Assembly: GCF_009914755.1 (NCBI RefSeq)
Contig: NC_060936.1
DNA from: the human T2T-CHM13v2.0 reference genome, Homo sapiens
Reading direction: 5' to 3' (one strand)
Length of the DNA: 64,000 nucleotides
Positions within the stretch are counted from its first letter, which is position 1, and the number at the start of each line of letters is the position of its first letter. Shown here one piece after another: positions 12,178 to 25,941 of the stretch. A program made the position numbers and the translations under genes. The notes under the pieces were generated by a model. It did not search any database. It worked only from the letters and a program-made list of their open reading frames with translations, and was not told the origin of the DNA.

Positions 12178-15100
12178 GGTCAATGGGAAATTACAATAAC
12201 CTAATCCAGGCAGGACTACAAATAGCCCAGACCCTTCAAGAAAGAATGTTTGGGTCACTCCACCAGGAAAAAAACCCACGACTTGCTGAGGTGCTTGCTG
12301 AAAGCAAAGGGAATCAAAATGGGTAATAGAAGAATGTAGTCATCAATACCAGTTATGATCACATGGCAAGCTGTACAAATGAGGACTATAATTGTCATGA
12401 GTATTTCCTCCTTCTTTTATTATAAACATGTTTGTGAATGTATACACTTGTACTAAGAAAATACCTTCATTGTATTGCCTTTATCCTTATCATGTGACAT
12501 AAGACTTATTGACTTCATATTAGCATTTAAGTGTTAACTATGTAATAGCATTTGGATTGAGGATTGTTGTGTTCCAGTTGTACAAAGGATAGTTGTATTA
12601 TGTTAGTCATAATTAAGATCTTATCATTGTATTTATTTGAAGATTATGTGTGCTCTCAGGAGATGTGCATGGGTTCGAGTTGACAAGGGGTGGACTTGTG
12701 ATGATTAGCACTGAGTGTCAACTTGATTGGATTGAAGGATGCAAAGTATTCATCCTGGGTGTGTCTGTGAGAGTGTTGCCAAAGGAGATTAACCGTTGAG
12801 TCAGTGGGCTCAGGAAGGTAGACCCACCCTTAATCTGTGTGAGCAAAATCTAATCAGCTTCCAGCATGGCCAGAATAAAAAGCAAGCAGAAGAATGTGAA
12901 AATAGCAGACTGGCTTATCCTCGCAGCCTACATCTTTCTCCTGTGCTGGATGCTTCCTGTCCTCGAACACTGGACTCCAAGTTTTTCAGTTTTGGGGCTT
13001 GGACTGGCTTCTTTGCTCCTCAGCTTGCAGACAGCCTATTGTGGGACCTTGTGATCATGTGAGTTAATAACTCCTTAATGACCCCCCTTTTACATATATA
13101 TGTATATAACTATCGTATTAGTTCTGTCCCTCTAGAGAACCCTAATACACATGTTAAGGCACAGAACAAATCTTAACAAATTTAAGAATATTGAAATTAT
13201 ATCAAATATATTTTCTAACCACAAAGAAGTAAAACAGGAGAAACTTAGAAAATCCACAAATACATGAAAATTAAAGCACATGCTTTTGAATAATCAATGG
13301 GTCAATAAAGTAATTAAAAAGGTAATTTAGAAATGTATTAAGATAAATGAAAATCAAAACACAACATAGTTAAACCTATGGGATACAACAGAAGCAATCC
13401 TAACTAGAAAGTTTATGCAAATAAATACCTATATCATAAAAAGAAGAAAGATCTCAAATAAACAACCTAACACTGCACTTCAAAGAACTGGAAAAACCAT
13501 AACAAACTAAGCCAAAAATTATTACAAGGATGGAAATAATAAATATCTGAGTAGAAAAAAATGAAATAGAGACTAGAAAAGCAATAGAAAATATCAACAA
13601 AATAAACTGTTTTTTGTAAAAGTAAACAAAATTAACAATCTTTAGTTAAATAGAAAAAATATTCACATAAATAAAATCAGGGTTGAAAAATGAGACATGA
13701 GACATTAAAACTGTGACCATAGAAATAAAAAAATTATAAAAAAACTATTAGAAACAGTTGAATACCAAAAAATTGGACAAAATGGAAAACTTCCTGGACA
13801 CGTACAACCTATGACAATTGAATTATGAAAAAACAGAAAATTTGAACAGACCAACAACAGGTAAGGAGATTGAATAGGTAAATGAAAGGTCTACCATTAG
13901 AGAAAAGTCCAGGACCTGATTGCTTTACTGCTGAGTTCTACCAAACATTTTTTTAAAAAGCTAGCACCAATTATTTTAAAATGCTTCCAAAGAATTAAAG
14001 CAAAAGTTATGTTTCTGAACTCATTTTCCGTGCCAGCATTCACATGACACAAAAACCAAAGACACAACAACAAAAAAGGCAACTACAGGCCAGTATCCAT
14101 GATAAACATAGATTTTTTTAAAAATCCCCAACAAAATACTATTAACCCAAATTCAACAGCACTTTTAAAAAAAATTCACTATGATCAAGAGGGATTTATT
14201 CTAGGAATGGAAAGATGGTGCAACATATGAAAATCAATAATCATGATACATGGTATTAACAGAATGAAGAACAAGATATCATATGATTGCTTTAACCTGC
14301 AGAGAGAAAGCATTGAACAAAATTCAACATTCCTTCACCTTAAAAACTTTCATCAAATTATAGATAGAAGAAATTTACTTCAACACAATAAAGGCCTCAT
14401 ATGATGAATCCACAGCTAACATCACAGTCAACAGGAAAAGCTGAAAGCCTTTTCTCTAAGATCTGTTGAAATATAAGGATGCTCGCCTTCAAGACTTTTA
14501 TTCAACACAGTACTAGAAATTCTAGCCAAAACAGTTAGGCAAGGGAAAAAAATAAAAGAGCATCCAAATTGGAAAAGAAGAAGTTAAATTGTCTCTGTTT
14601 GGATATGACATGATCTTATCTATAGAAAACCCTAAAAACTTCACATAAAAAACCTCTTAGAACTAATAAATGAATACAGTAAAGTTGCAGGATACAAATC
14701 AACATACCAAAATCAGTAGCATTCTATACACTAATTGTGAACTATCTGAAAAAGAAATCCAGAAAACAAACACATTTAAAATGGCTATAAAAATACTTAA
14801 AAATGAATGTAATCAAAGAGGTGAAATATCTTCTCACTGAAAACTATGAGACATTAATGAAAGAAATTGAAGATGACATGGATTGAAAAAATTAATGTTG
14901 TTAAAATGTTGATACTACCCAAAGAGATCTACAGATTCAATGCAATCCATATGACAATACCAATGTCATTCTTCACAGAAATTAAAAAAAAGTCCCAAAG
15001 TTTGTATATAACCACAAAAGACGCTGAATATCCAAAGCATTCTTGAGCAAAAATAACAAAGCTGAAGGCATCATTCCTGACTTCAAAGTATATCACAAAG

Positions 15101-16724
15101 CTATAGTAACCAAAACAGAATGATACTGGCATCAAAACAGACACACAGAACAATGGAATACAATAGAGATTTCAGAAGTAAATTCATGCATTTAGAGCCA
15201 ACTAATTTTTAGCATAATTGTCAAGAATACACAATGGAGAAAGGAAAATATCTTCAATAAATAGTGTTAGGAAAACTGGGTATCCATATGCAGAAGAATG
15301 GAATGAAGCACTCATTTCTCACCATATATAAAAATCAAGTCAAAAGGGATTAATGACTTAAGTGTAAGACTTGAAACTATGAAACTACTCAAATAAAACA
15401 TAGGGAAAAAGTCTCCATGACATTGATCTAAACAATATTTTTCCACAGATTACTTCACAAGTTCAGGCAATAAAAGCAAAAATGGACAAACATGATTACA
15501 TCAATTTAAATAGTTTCTTCCCAGCAAAGAAAATGATTTAAGAAAGTGAGGAGACAACCTAAAGAATGGGAGAAAATATTAGCAAACTCTACTCCTGTAA
15601 GGGGTTAATATTCAAAATATATAAAGCACTCAGAGAATTCAATAACAAAAACACAAATAGTCCAATTAAAAAGTGGACAAAAGACCTGAGTAATCATTTC
15701 TCAAAAAAAGACATACAGAAGACCAGCAGATATATGAGAAAATCCTCAATATTATTATTCAGTAGAGAAACATACATCAAAATCACAATGAGACATCACC
15801 TCACACCTGCTAAAATAATTATCAAAAATACAAAAGATAAGTGTTGAAGAGAATGTGGAAACCCTTGCACACTGTTGGTTGAAATGTAAATTAGTACAGT
15901 CATTGTGAAAAACGGTATAAAGTATCTCTAAAATTTAAAAATAGAACCACGATATAACCCAGCAATCTCACTTATATCCAAAGGAAATAAAATTAGTATG
16001 TCCAGAAATATCTGCACCCCATGTATATTGCAGTACTATTCACAATATTTAGTATATGGAATCAACCTAAGTGCCCATCAACAAATAAATGAATAAAGAA
16101 ACTGTGGTCTATAGATACTGCAATACTATTCAACAATAAAAAGGAACAAAACCCTGTCATTTGCAACACCCATGAACCTGGAGGATATTATGTTAAGTGA
16201 AATGAGCCAGGCACAGAAGGACAAATGCTGCATGATCTCACTCATATGTCAATTATTTTAAAGTTGATCTCACAGAAGTAGAGAGCAGAATGGTGGTTAC
16301 TAGAGGATGGGGTGGTTAGGGGCAGGAGGTTTGGGGAGATGTTGGTCAAAGGACACATATTTACAGTCAGATAGGTGGAACCAACTCAAGAGATCTCTTG
16401 TATAACTTGATTACAACAGTTAATGATGATATATTGTATTTGTAAAAATGCTAAGAGAGTAGATGTTAAGTTTCTCATCATAAAAATGACTATGTGAGGT
16501 AATGCATTTGTCAATTTATCCACTGAACAATGTCTATATACTTTAAAACATCATGCTGTACCCAATAAATACATACAATCCTATATTTAATTAAAAATCA
16601 AGTTTAAAACTTAAACTCATACATATATACAATTATTAAAATGATCTCAACTCAGGTAACAGAATGATTTAATGCAATTATGATGAGATCCACTTTTTCT
16701 GAAATTACACTGTGAATGTATCTT

Positions 16725-17108
<384 letters not shown>

Positions 17109-18934
17109 TGAACATCTAAAGTCACCAATTATTTTAAACTGATTCAATATCTGGAAAATAGGACTTAAACTGCATTCCCAAATGAACAACAACAAATCTA
17201 ATCTATTAATCCATCATCACTTTGTAATTTAGTGCTGTAAATGGGTTTCTCAGAACAGTGGAGAGGATAACAGGTTTTTGAATGATCCCTTCTCAATGGT
17301 TAAATGTTTAGGACACTATACTACCTTGTTATGAAGACATCAATCCTCATAAATTTCCAAAAACTAATCAAAAGAGTCAAAAACTCTTTGTACAAACATG
17401 TACATTAATTTTGTTATAAAGGATCATAAAAACTTCTATATTTTCTATTAATGTAGGCATTAATAGGATAATAAACAATAAGATTTTGGCAAAAATGAAG
17501 AACACAAAATAAATTAATATGACTGGATATATATCCATTGCTTTGTTTTTGTGATTTCAGCATTTCTGCATGAAACTATCGTGACAATTGTGAATGGTCT
17601 TGTTGCCTGGTAGGAAACATCATAATATCACATAATTTTAGATGTTTGTTCATAGAGGATGAAGTGATGGTCTCATAAAAATTCTCAGTGCATTTGCTAC
17701 TAGGTTAGAGAAGATGAAAAAGAAAGTAAACTCTTCTTGATTTAAAAAAGTTCAAATAGTGTTTTACATTGCCTCTAAGGAACTATTAATTTATCCCCAA
17801 ATTATTCATTTTATGTGAAATATAGAAAATGTTTTTTTCCTAATATTTCAAGGACTTTTGCAGTACAATGAAATAAATACTTGTGGAAGTACCATCATGT
17901 TAGTAAAATTGAAAAGTATTACATGTGTAGAGAAATTACTTTTACATAGAGTTCTGCCATCGAATTGCTGATCCACTTAGTTAACTAAGTCAATTAATCA
18001 ATACACTCGCCAGATTTATCTGAAGGAAACTTACTACTCTCAAATTCTATAACTCTGTGATACATTATATTCACCTGAGTTTCATTAAAAAAAAAAAACC
18101 TTTGTAGATTTATTTTATGCCTACCTGCCAGTAAATCATGTCTTTTGTAAGCTTCCTTGATTTTTTTTTGGACACTTACAGAAAGACAATTTACTGTCAT
18201 AATGATTTAGAGAGAAATTCTGATGACCACAGTGAAAAATGAAAATCTCAAGAAATAATATTAAAAATATTTATCTCTTGATGTTTGTGTGTGTATAGAA
18301 TGAATTAAACTTTGATTTTGGCTGGAAAAGCACCATCCTGAATAATTTAAATATATCATCCCTAAGTTGCTACGATGATCTAGTTGTTATACAATTTAAA
18401 GGAAGCAAGATGGATTACAGTAGGACTGGTTTCTTGTGTCTGGATTTGGTAGCCTCTGTATGTTAAGCTTTCTATATGATTATAAAACTAATATTTCAGA
18501 AATTATTTTATTGTTTTGTAGTCTGAAGTTATGATGCTTTTTCTTGTCCAATTGAAGAGAAAGAGGGATAATTTAACTTTTCTCTCAATAAGAGTGACAC
18601 TTAAAATTTGAAGGTTAAGTTTACACATCTTTGCATGAATCACTGCTATTTAAAATAGTCCCTTCTCAATGGACTAAATGAGTTAAAGAGAAGGTAAGCA
18701 TAAACTTTACAGAGCAATTACATTATTCAATTGACATCATAGTTATATAGATGTTTTTAAAATTAATGGTTTAACTATATCATGCAATAATGCATAGAGG
18801 AGAGCATATATGTTTGTATATAGAGATCCTGCCAAATATCTAATTGTCCAGAATACAAAAATGTATTCAATACAAAAACTTAACTCTAGCAGAGCATCTA
18901 ATTTATGCTGAACTTGTATGTTGATCTTTCACAT

Positions 18935-19725
18935 TATACTGTGAGATCACTGAGGTCTGGGACTCAGTTTTATTTATTTGTTTATTATTTTATATACCAA
19001 GTATTGAATACAATACTTAGTGCATAAAGGATTGAGTCCTTATTATGTTTCAGGCACTTTCTTAGGTGTTAGAAATATGCAAGTAAGCAAAAACAACAAA
19101 ATTACTACTTCACTCTTGTAGCTTACAGTTTAGTCAAAGAAATATGCAACAATAAACATTCAAACAAATGTAATCTGTGTTTATGAGCAATGTTATACAG
19201 TCACAGTCTTCTTTAATAGAGGAGTTTAACCTGATCATTAAGGTAAACAAAACTTTACTGTGGCAGTATTGATTGACCTGTGATCTGAAGGGTAAGAAGG
19301 AAAAGAGGTCATCCCAAGCAAGGGAAACAGCTTGTTTTTTTTTTTCCTCCTGTTGCAGGAAAAACGTGCTCAGCACAAAAGACTGAAAGAAGCCAGAATT
19401 GATTAGACAATAGAGATGAAAAAAATATCTTGACCATGTAACTGGTTAAGTGGTCACTGAATGTGATTTTGCACATATTACTCTGCACGTTACTCCTCTA
19501 ATATATTTTCATTACAGCGTTTATGAATTATCACACAAGATCTATTTGCTTGTTTATGTACTTTTTGTTCTTTTTTTTAATTTTCCACCATCAAAACCCA
19601 TGCTCCATAAAAGCAGAAAGCTTGTGTTTATTGTTCTCTCTATGCCATAACCCTGATAACTAGGATAATACCAGAATATCATAAATGCTGAATAAATGTT
19701 AGTTCATTAAATTAAAAAATGAAGA
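18935..19725. mobile_element. Cluster of L2 3' fragments in both orientations
   Basis: L2 end motifs at ~18935-19030 (+), ~19040-19430 (-) and ~19500-19725 (+, ataaatgttagttcattaaatt). Confidence 0.55.
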
Positions 19726-20199
19726 ATATTTTCATTGTCTATTACTACAGTGGCAAAAGTTATAGGACACAACATGCGCAAAAGAAAGCTCATCAATCAA
19801 TCAAGAAGCACATTTTTTTTTCTTTTTGAGATAGAGTGAGAGAAAACACAATCCTGGAGACAGAGAATTGGGTTTCCAAGAAAAGTCTTTGCCCACTAAG
19901 TTAATACTTTATTCTTTCTCAACTATTCTTCTCTCCTGTCACTCTTTTCCCATCTTAAATTCATTTAATGGGATATTGCCACTGGGCTTAATACCTTTGG
20001 GCCTCCATGTTGTGAATGGCAAGGTGAGTGTAATGTAATTGGCACATTTTTGTGATGAAAGTGAGATAAAATAATCTAGCATAGGTGATGATCTATGGTA
20101 GATAATCAACACAGAATTTATGAAACTGTTGATGCTCCTATTGAGGCTATTGCTTTGGCTCCTGTTTTGGTGGTGGAGGATGAATCCTTTGAAAAGACA

Positions 20200-20548
20200 G
20201 CTGTACAATGGAGTTTTGTGAGTAGAATGACTAGGGAGTGCCCTTGGGATCAATGCCAATGAAAGAAATTGAAGGAAACAGGATAGGGCAAATAGGGCAA
20301 AGGGAGAAGTGGAGTTCTACGGTAGGTCAATGGTAGTTTTAGCTACCCACACCTGGATCTCCAAACTAAGTTGAACCCTCAATATTTTTCTGCATTGGGC
20401 CTAACTGGCCATATCTTTTACCCTTTGTATGTGAGATTCCCAGGGAAAAGTGTAACATTGAGGAAGAGGTTATCCTTGAAGGAACTGACAGCTGAGGCAA
20501 TAAATCCTTTGAATGGGAATCTGGGTGCACATCACTACGTGTAACACC
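20200..20548 (-). mobile_element. Old ERVL-type solo LTR (LTR33-like)
   Basis: gagtgcccttgggatcaa..gaaggaaacaggatagggca..gggagaagtggag resembles the recalled consensus. Confidence 0.4.
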
Positions 20549-20731
20549 TCATTCTTCTTTCAGGTGATAAACTTTTTAGATCCTTGAGTCTCCTAAGACT
20601 TCAAAGAAGGGTCACTGATACAGCTGAGGAGAAACAAAACTCTAACCTCAGTTTCTCCACTCACTGGTAGGGAAAGTCTTTTATTTTAACTTGTTTTACT
20701 CCATTTATTATTACATTGTTTAATGGAAGGT

Positions 20732-21168
20732 TGTCTTAATCTGTTTTCTGTTGCTCAAAACAGAATATCTGAAACTGGATAATTTATAAGGAAAAACAAT
20801 TTATTCCTTACAGTGATGGAGGCTGAGAAGTCCAAGGTCAAGGGGCTGTATTCAGTGAGTGCCTTCTTGCTGGAGGGGACTCTCTGCAGATTCTCAAAGC
20901 AGCACAAGGCCTCACATGAAGTGGGGGGTGATCGTACTAGCTCAGGTCTTTCTTCCTTTTCTTATAAAGCCACCAGTTCTACTCCCATGATAACTCATTA
21001 ATCAAGTAACCCATTAATCCTGCAATTCAGAAATGAATTAATTTATTCATGAAGGCAGAACTCTTATGACCCAATTATCTCTTGAAGACCCCACTTCTCA
21101 ATGCTGCCCACATTGGGGATTAAATTTTAACATGAGTTTTAGAAGAAACAAACATTTAAACCATAGCA
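20732..21168 (-). mobile_element. MaLR solo LTR (MSTC/D-like)
   Basis: tgtctta...aaaccatagca termini; TSD aaggt/aatgt. Confidence 0.85.
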
Positions 21169-24100
21169 AATGTCCACTATGAGACAATTACTATAATATA
21201 TATTTACACACACATATCCTTTTTATTCTTACAAAAATACCATTTTTTGTAAACAAATAAAATGATGTTCAGAGCAGCTAAAATATTATCCTAGAATAAT
21301 CAATAAATGGGCAACAAGGACAAGTCTCAAATTTAACAATTTGGTTGCTAATTTAGGTTTCTTGGACTAATTGATATCTATGGTGATTTTATGCCCCAAA
21401 CTCCTAGTCTGTTAATGAACTGAAATCTAACGCCACAATAATAATTTGTATACATTATTTTAAAAATACAATCCTAATGTCAGACCAATGCATTGGTTAG
21501 TGTTTTAAACAGGAGATGTTTAAAGAATGTTTACATCCATGTTAATATAAACTGATTTATTCTGAAGTGCTAAGAGCGTCAAATCCTGTTGAAGAACTTT
21601 GCAGTTTTCAGGAATTATTGGTAAAAATATTAAAAATAATGCTAGAAGGGGGCCAACATAGCTAATTAGAAGCAGCTATGGTGTGTGGCAGTCACAGAGA
21701 GGAACAAAAGGGGTGAGTAAATACAGCACCTTCATCTGAAGTATTCAGGTACTCACATTGAGACTGACAAGAGAAACAATGTGATTCACAGAGAACAAAG
21801 AAAAGCTGGGCAGGGCGATCACCCACCTAGAAGTGACATGGAGCAAAGGGAACCCCCACACTCACCCAAGGGAAGCCATAAGTGAATATGTGACCCAAGA
21901 AACTACACTTCTCCCATTGATCTTTGCAACCCTCGGATCAGGAGATCCCCTCCTGAGCCCATCCCCTCCTGAGCCCAGTCAACCAGGGCCTTGGGTCCAA
22001 CACACAGATCTGTGTGGAGTCTTGGCAGAGCAGCTGGTCAGGCACTGATAGGGACCCAGGAGCTTTATGTACTCGGCCTCGGGATACCTGACAAATGTGA
22101 CTTCAACTCAGGCAAGGCAGGAGCTCCATATATACTGTTAAGAAGGGGGATGAATCCAGGGGTCTGAGCAGTGTCAGTCTGCAGGCCCCACTTCCACAGC
22201 ACCTCACAAGATAAAACCCACTGGCTTGGAATTCCAGCCAGCCACCCACAACAGGGCCTGCCTGAGATTGGATGGAGCTCCTGAGGTGAGAAGTGGGCCA
22301 CCACCTTTGTTGTTTGGATGACTCAGCTATTCCAGCCTTCAGGCTTTGGAGAGTCCCAGTGGTCCAGATGAGGAAGGGACCCCTCCAGTGCAGCACAGCT
22401 ACTTTACCAAAACATGGCCAGAGAGCTTCTGTAAGCAGAAGTCTAATTCATTCCTCCTCCGAGCCAGGGACTCCAGCCACCCCCATCTGTGTTCTATAAA
22501 CATAATTCTTATCTCTCCCTGGGACAGAGTGCCTTGGGGGAGGAACAGGCCACAGCCTTTGTTGTTTAAATGACATGCCATTCCAACCTGCAGGATTTGG
22601 AGAGTCCAAGCTGAATGGGGCAGAAGTGGTTCTCCAGCATGGCACAGCTGTTTTGTTGATGCATGGCCAGACTTAAATGGTACCCTGATTCATTCCTTCT
22701 TCCTGGGCATGTACTCCCAGCTGGGACCTCTGGCCACTCTGACCAATGTGCTATGACTGACAGTTCCAATTTCTCCACAGCAGGAGGTTCCCAGAGAACT
22801 TCCTTTTGCTATTTGGGCATCTCAGCCAGATATGAATTATGTCAGCCAGTCTAGCCAGTGGAACTTGGAGAGGCCAAACTGACTGGGGGCTTAAAGGATC
22901 CCCAATGCAGCACACCTGCTCTATAAAAATGTAGCTAGACTGCTTCTTTAAGTAGGTCCCTGATCTCATTCCTGCTGACTGGGTAAGATCTCCCAATTGG
23001 AGTTTCCAGCAACCTCCTAATGGTGCATTTGGGCCAGGAACAGCTAAGTACCTGCCTGGGACAGAGCTCCCAGAGAAAGTGGGGCAAGCTGCCATCTTTG
23101 CTATTTCATAGCCTTCACTGGTGATACATTCTGGTGCTCGGAAAACCAAGGTGAATAGAGCCTGGAGGTGACCTCCAGCAAAACACAGCAACCCTATGGA
23201 AGAATGGCCAGAGTGTTAAAAGGAAAACAAACAAATAAACAAAAACAACAGTAACAACAAAAAAACACACAAAAAAACCCCATCCAGAGGTCAGCAACCT
23301 CAAAGATCAAAGGTAGATAAGCCCACAAAGGTGAGAAAGAATCAGTACAAATGCTGAAAACTCCAAAAGCCAGAGCACCTCCTTTCCTCCAAATTACTGC
23401 AACACCTCCCCAATAAGGATTGAGAACTGGGCTGAGGCTGACATGGCTGAAATGACAGAAGTAGGCTCCAGAATGTGGATTAAAACAAACTTCATGTGCT
23501 GAAGGAGCACATTGTAACCCAGTGTAAGGAAGCTAAGAATCATAAAACAATACAGGAGCTGAAGACAAAATAGCCAGTATAGAGAGGAACATAATCGACC
23601 TGACAGTTAAAAAAATTCACTACGAGGACTTCACAATACAATCACAAGTATTAATACCAGAATAGACCAAACAAGAAAAAATCTCAGAGCTTGAAGACTG
23701 TCTTTCTGAAATAAGAGAGGCAGACAAAAAATAGAGAAAAAAGAATAAAAAGAAATTAACAAAATGTCTGAGAAATATGAGATTATGTAAAGAGACCAAA
23801 TCTACAACTGATTTAGTTATTAGAAGAGGCAGGGTGAGTGGAACCAAGTTGGAAAACATATTTTAAAATATCATCCAAGAGAACTTCCCCAACCTAGCTA
23901 GATAGGCTAGATCCAAAATCAGGAAATCCAGAGAACCCCTGTAAGATACATCAGGAGAAGTTCTTCCCCAACACCCATAATCATCAGATTCTCCAAGGTC
24001 GAAATACAAGAAAAAAATGTTAAGGACAGCCAGAGAGAAAGGCTGGGTCAACTGCAAAGGGAAGCCCATCAGACTAACTGTGGACCACTCAACAGAGACT

Positions 24101-25357
24101 CTACAAGCCAGAAGAAATTGGAGTCCAATATTCAATATTCCTGAAGAAAAGAAATTTCAACCCAGAATTTTGTATTTGTCCAAATGAAGCTTCATAAACA
24201 AAGGAGAAGCAAATGCTGAAGGAATTTGTTACCAACAGACCTTCAGACAAGCAAATGCTATCTTTTTCAGACAAGCAAATGCTGAAGGAATTTTTACCAA
24301 CAGACCTTCCTTACAAGAGCTCCTGAAGGAAAAACTAAATATGGAGAGTAAAAACTATTACCAGCCACCACAAAGACACATTGAAATACACAGACCAGTG
24401 ACACTATGAAGCAACCACATAAACTGGTCTGCAAAATAACCAGATAGCATCATGATGACAGGATCAAATCCACACATATCAATACTAACCTTAAAAGTAA
24501 GTAGGCTAAATGACCAAACTAAAAGACAGAGACTGGCAAGCTGGATAAAGAACTGAGACCCATCAATATGCTGTCTTCAAGAGACCCACCTCACATGCAA
24601 AGACACACATTGTCTCAAAATGTAGGAATGGAGGAAAATTTTCCAAACAAATGGAACACAGAAAAAAACCAGTGTTGCAATCCTAGTTTCTGAAAAAATA
24701 GAGTTTAAACCAACAAAGATCAAAAAAGACAAAGCAGGATATTACATAATGGTAAACAATTCAGCGAGAGGAGCTAACTATTCTAAATATATATGCACAG
24801 AATAAAGGAGCACCCAGATTCATAAAGACAGTTCTTAGAGATCTTCAAAAATACTTAGACTCTTACATAATAGTGAGAGACTTTAACACCCCAATGACAA
24901 TATTAGACAGATTATCAGGACAAAAAATTAACAAAAATATTCAGGACCTGAACTCAGCTCTAGGACAAGTGGATATCTACAGAATTCTCCCCGCTGAACA
25001 ACAGAATATACATTCTTCTCATCACCACACGACACTTACTTGAAAATTGATCCAAACTAAAACTATCCTCAGGAAATGCAAAATGACTGAAATAATAACA
25101 GTCCCTCAGACCACTGCACAATTAAATTAGAGCTCAAAATTAAGAAATTCACTTAAAACCATACAAGTCCATGGAAGTTGAACAACCTACTCCTGAATAA
25201 CTTTTGTGTAAATAATGAAATTAAAGTAGAAATCAAGAAGTTATTTGAAAGTAATGAGAACAAAAAAGACATTATACCAGAATATCTGGGATGCAGATAA
25301 AGCAGTGATAAGAAGGAAATTTATAGCACTAAATCCTCACATCAAAAAACTAGAAAG

Positions 25358-25941
25358 TATTCCATGGTGTATATGTGCCACATTTTCTTAATCCAGTCTA
25401 TCATTGTTGGACATTTGGGTTGGTTCCAAGTCTTTGCTATTATGAATAGTGCCGCAATAAACATACATGTGCATGTGTCTTTATAGCAGCATGATTTATA
25501 ATCCTTTGGGTATATACCCAGTAATGGGATGGCTGGGTCAAATGGTATTTCTAGTTCTAGATCCCTGAGAAATACTATGCAGCCATAAAAAATGATGAGC
25601 TCATGTCCTTTGTAGGGACATGGATGAAGCTGGAAACCATCATTCTCAGCAAACTATCGCAAGGACGAAAAACCAAACACTGCATGTTCTCACTCATAGG
25701 TGGGAGTTGAACAATGAGAACACATGGACACAGGAAGGGGAACGTCACACACTGGGGTCTGTTGTGGTGTGGGGGGCGGGAGGGATAGCATTAGGAGATA
25801 TACCTAATGCTAAATGATGAGTTAATGGGTGCAGCACACCAACATGGCACATGTATACATAAGTAACAAACCTGCATGTTTTGCACATGTACCCTAAAAC
25901 TTAAAGTATAATAATAATGAAATAAATAAAATTTAAAAAAA
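25358..25941 (+). mobile_element. Short 5'-inverted L1 (L1PA4-like) nested in the older L1
   Basis: Antisense segment 25358-25569, then sense segment from 25571 to the tail; TSD aaaaaa(g)ctagaaag at 25344-25357 and 25936-25950. Confidence 0.92.

Larger units (their letters stand above)
6941..13149 (+). mobile_element. HERV-L provirus with MLT2A LTRs (5' LTR 6941-7560, 3' LTR 12697-13149), defective gag-pro-pol-dUTPase, no env
   Basis: Paired LTRs t(a/g)tgatg...taataca; perfect 5-bp TSD CATGT at 6936-6940 and 13150-13154; purine-rich tract before the 3' LTR; ORF fragments match gag, RT, RNase H, integrase and dUTPase. Confidence 0.95.
6091..16600 (+). mobile_element. 5'-truncated L1MA-group LINE-1 (degenerate ORF2 and 3' UTR), split by HERV-L at 6941-13149
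   Basis: Degenerate endonuclease region 6290-6940 continues seamlessly at 13150; ORF2 remnant at 15566-15847; L1MA-type 3' UTR ends ~16600. Confidence 0.88.

Noticed and set aside
22293-22620. ~250-bp diverged internal repeats in the GC-richer segment
   Set aside because: They are explained as the repeated structure of an old L1PA 5' UTR, not an independent promoter.
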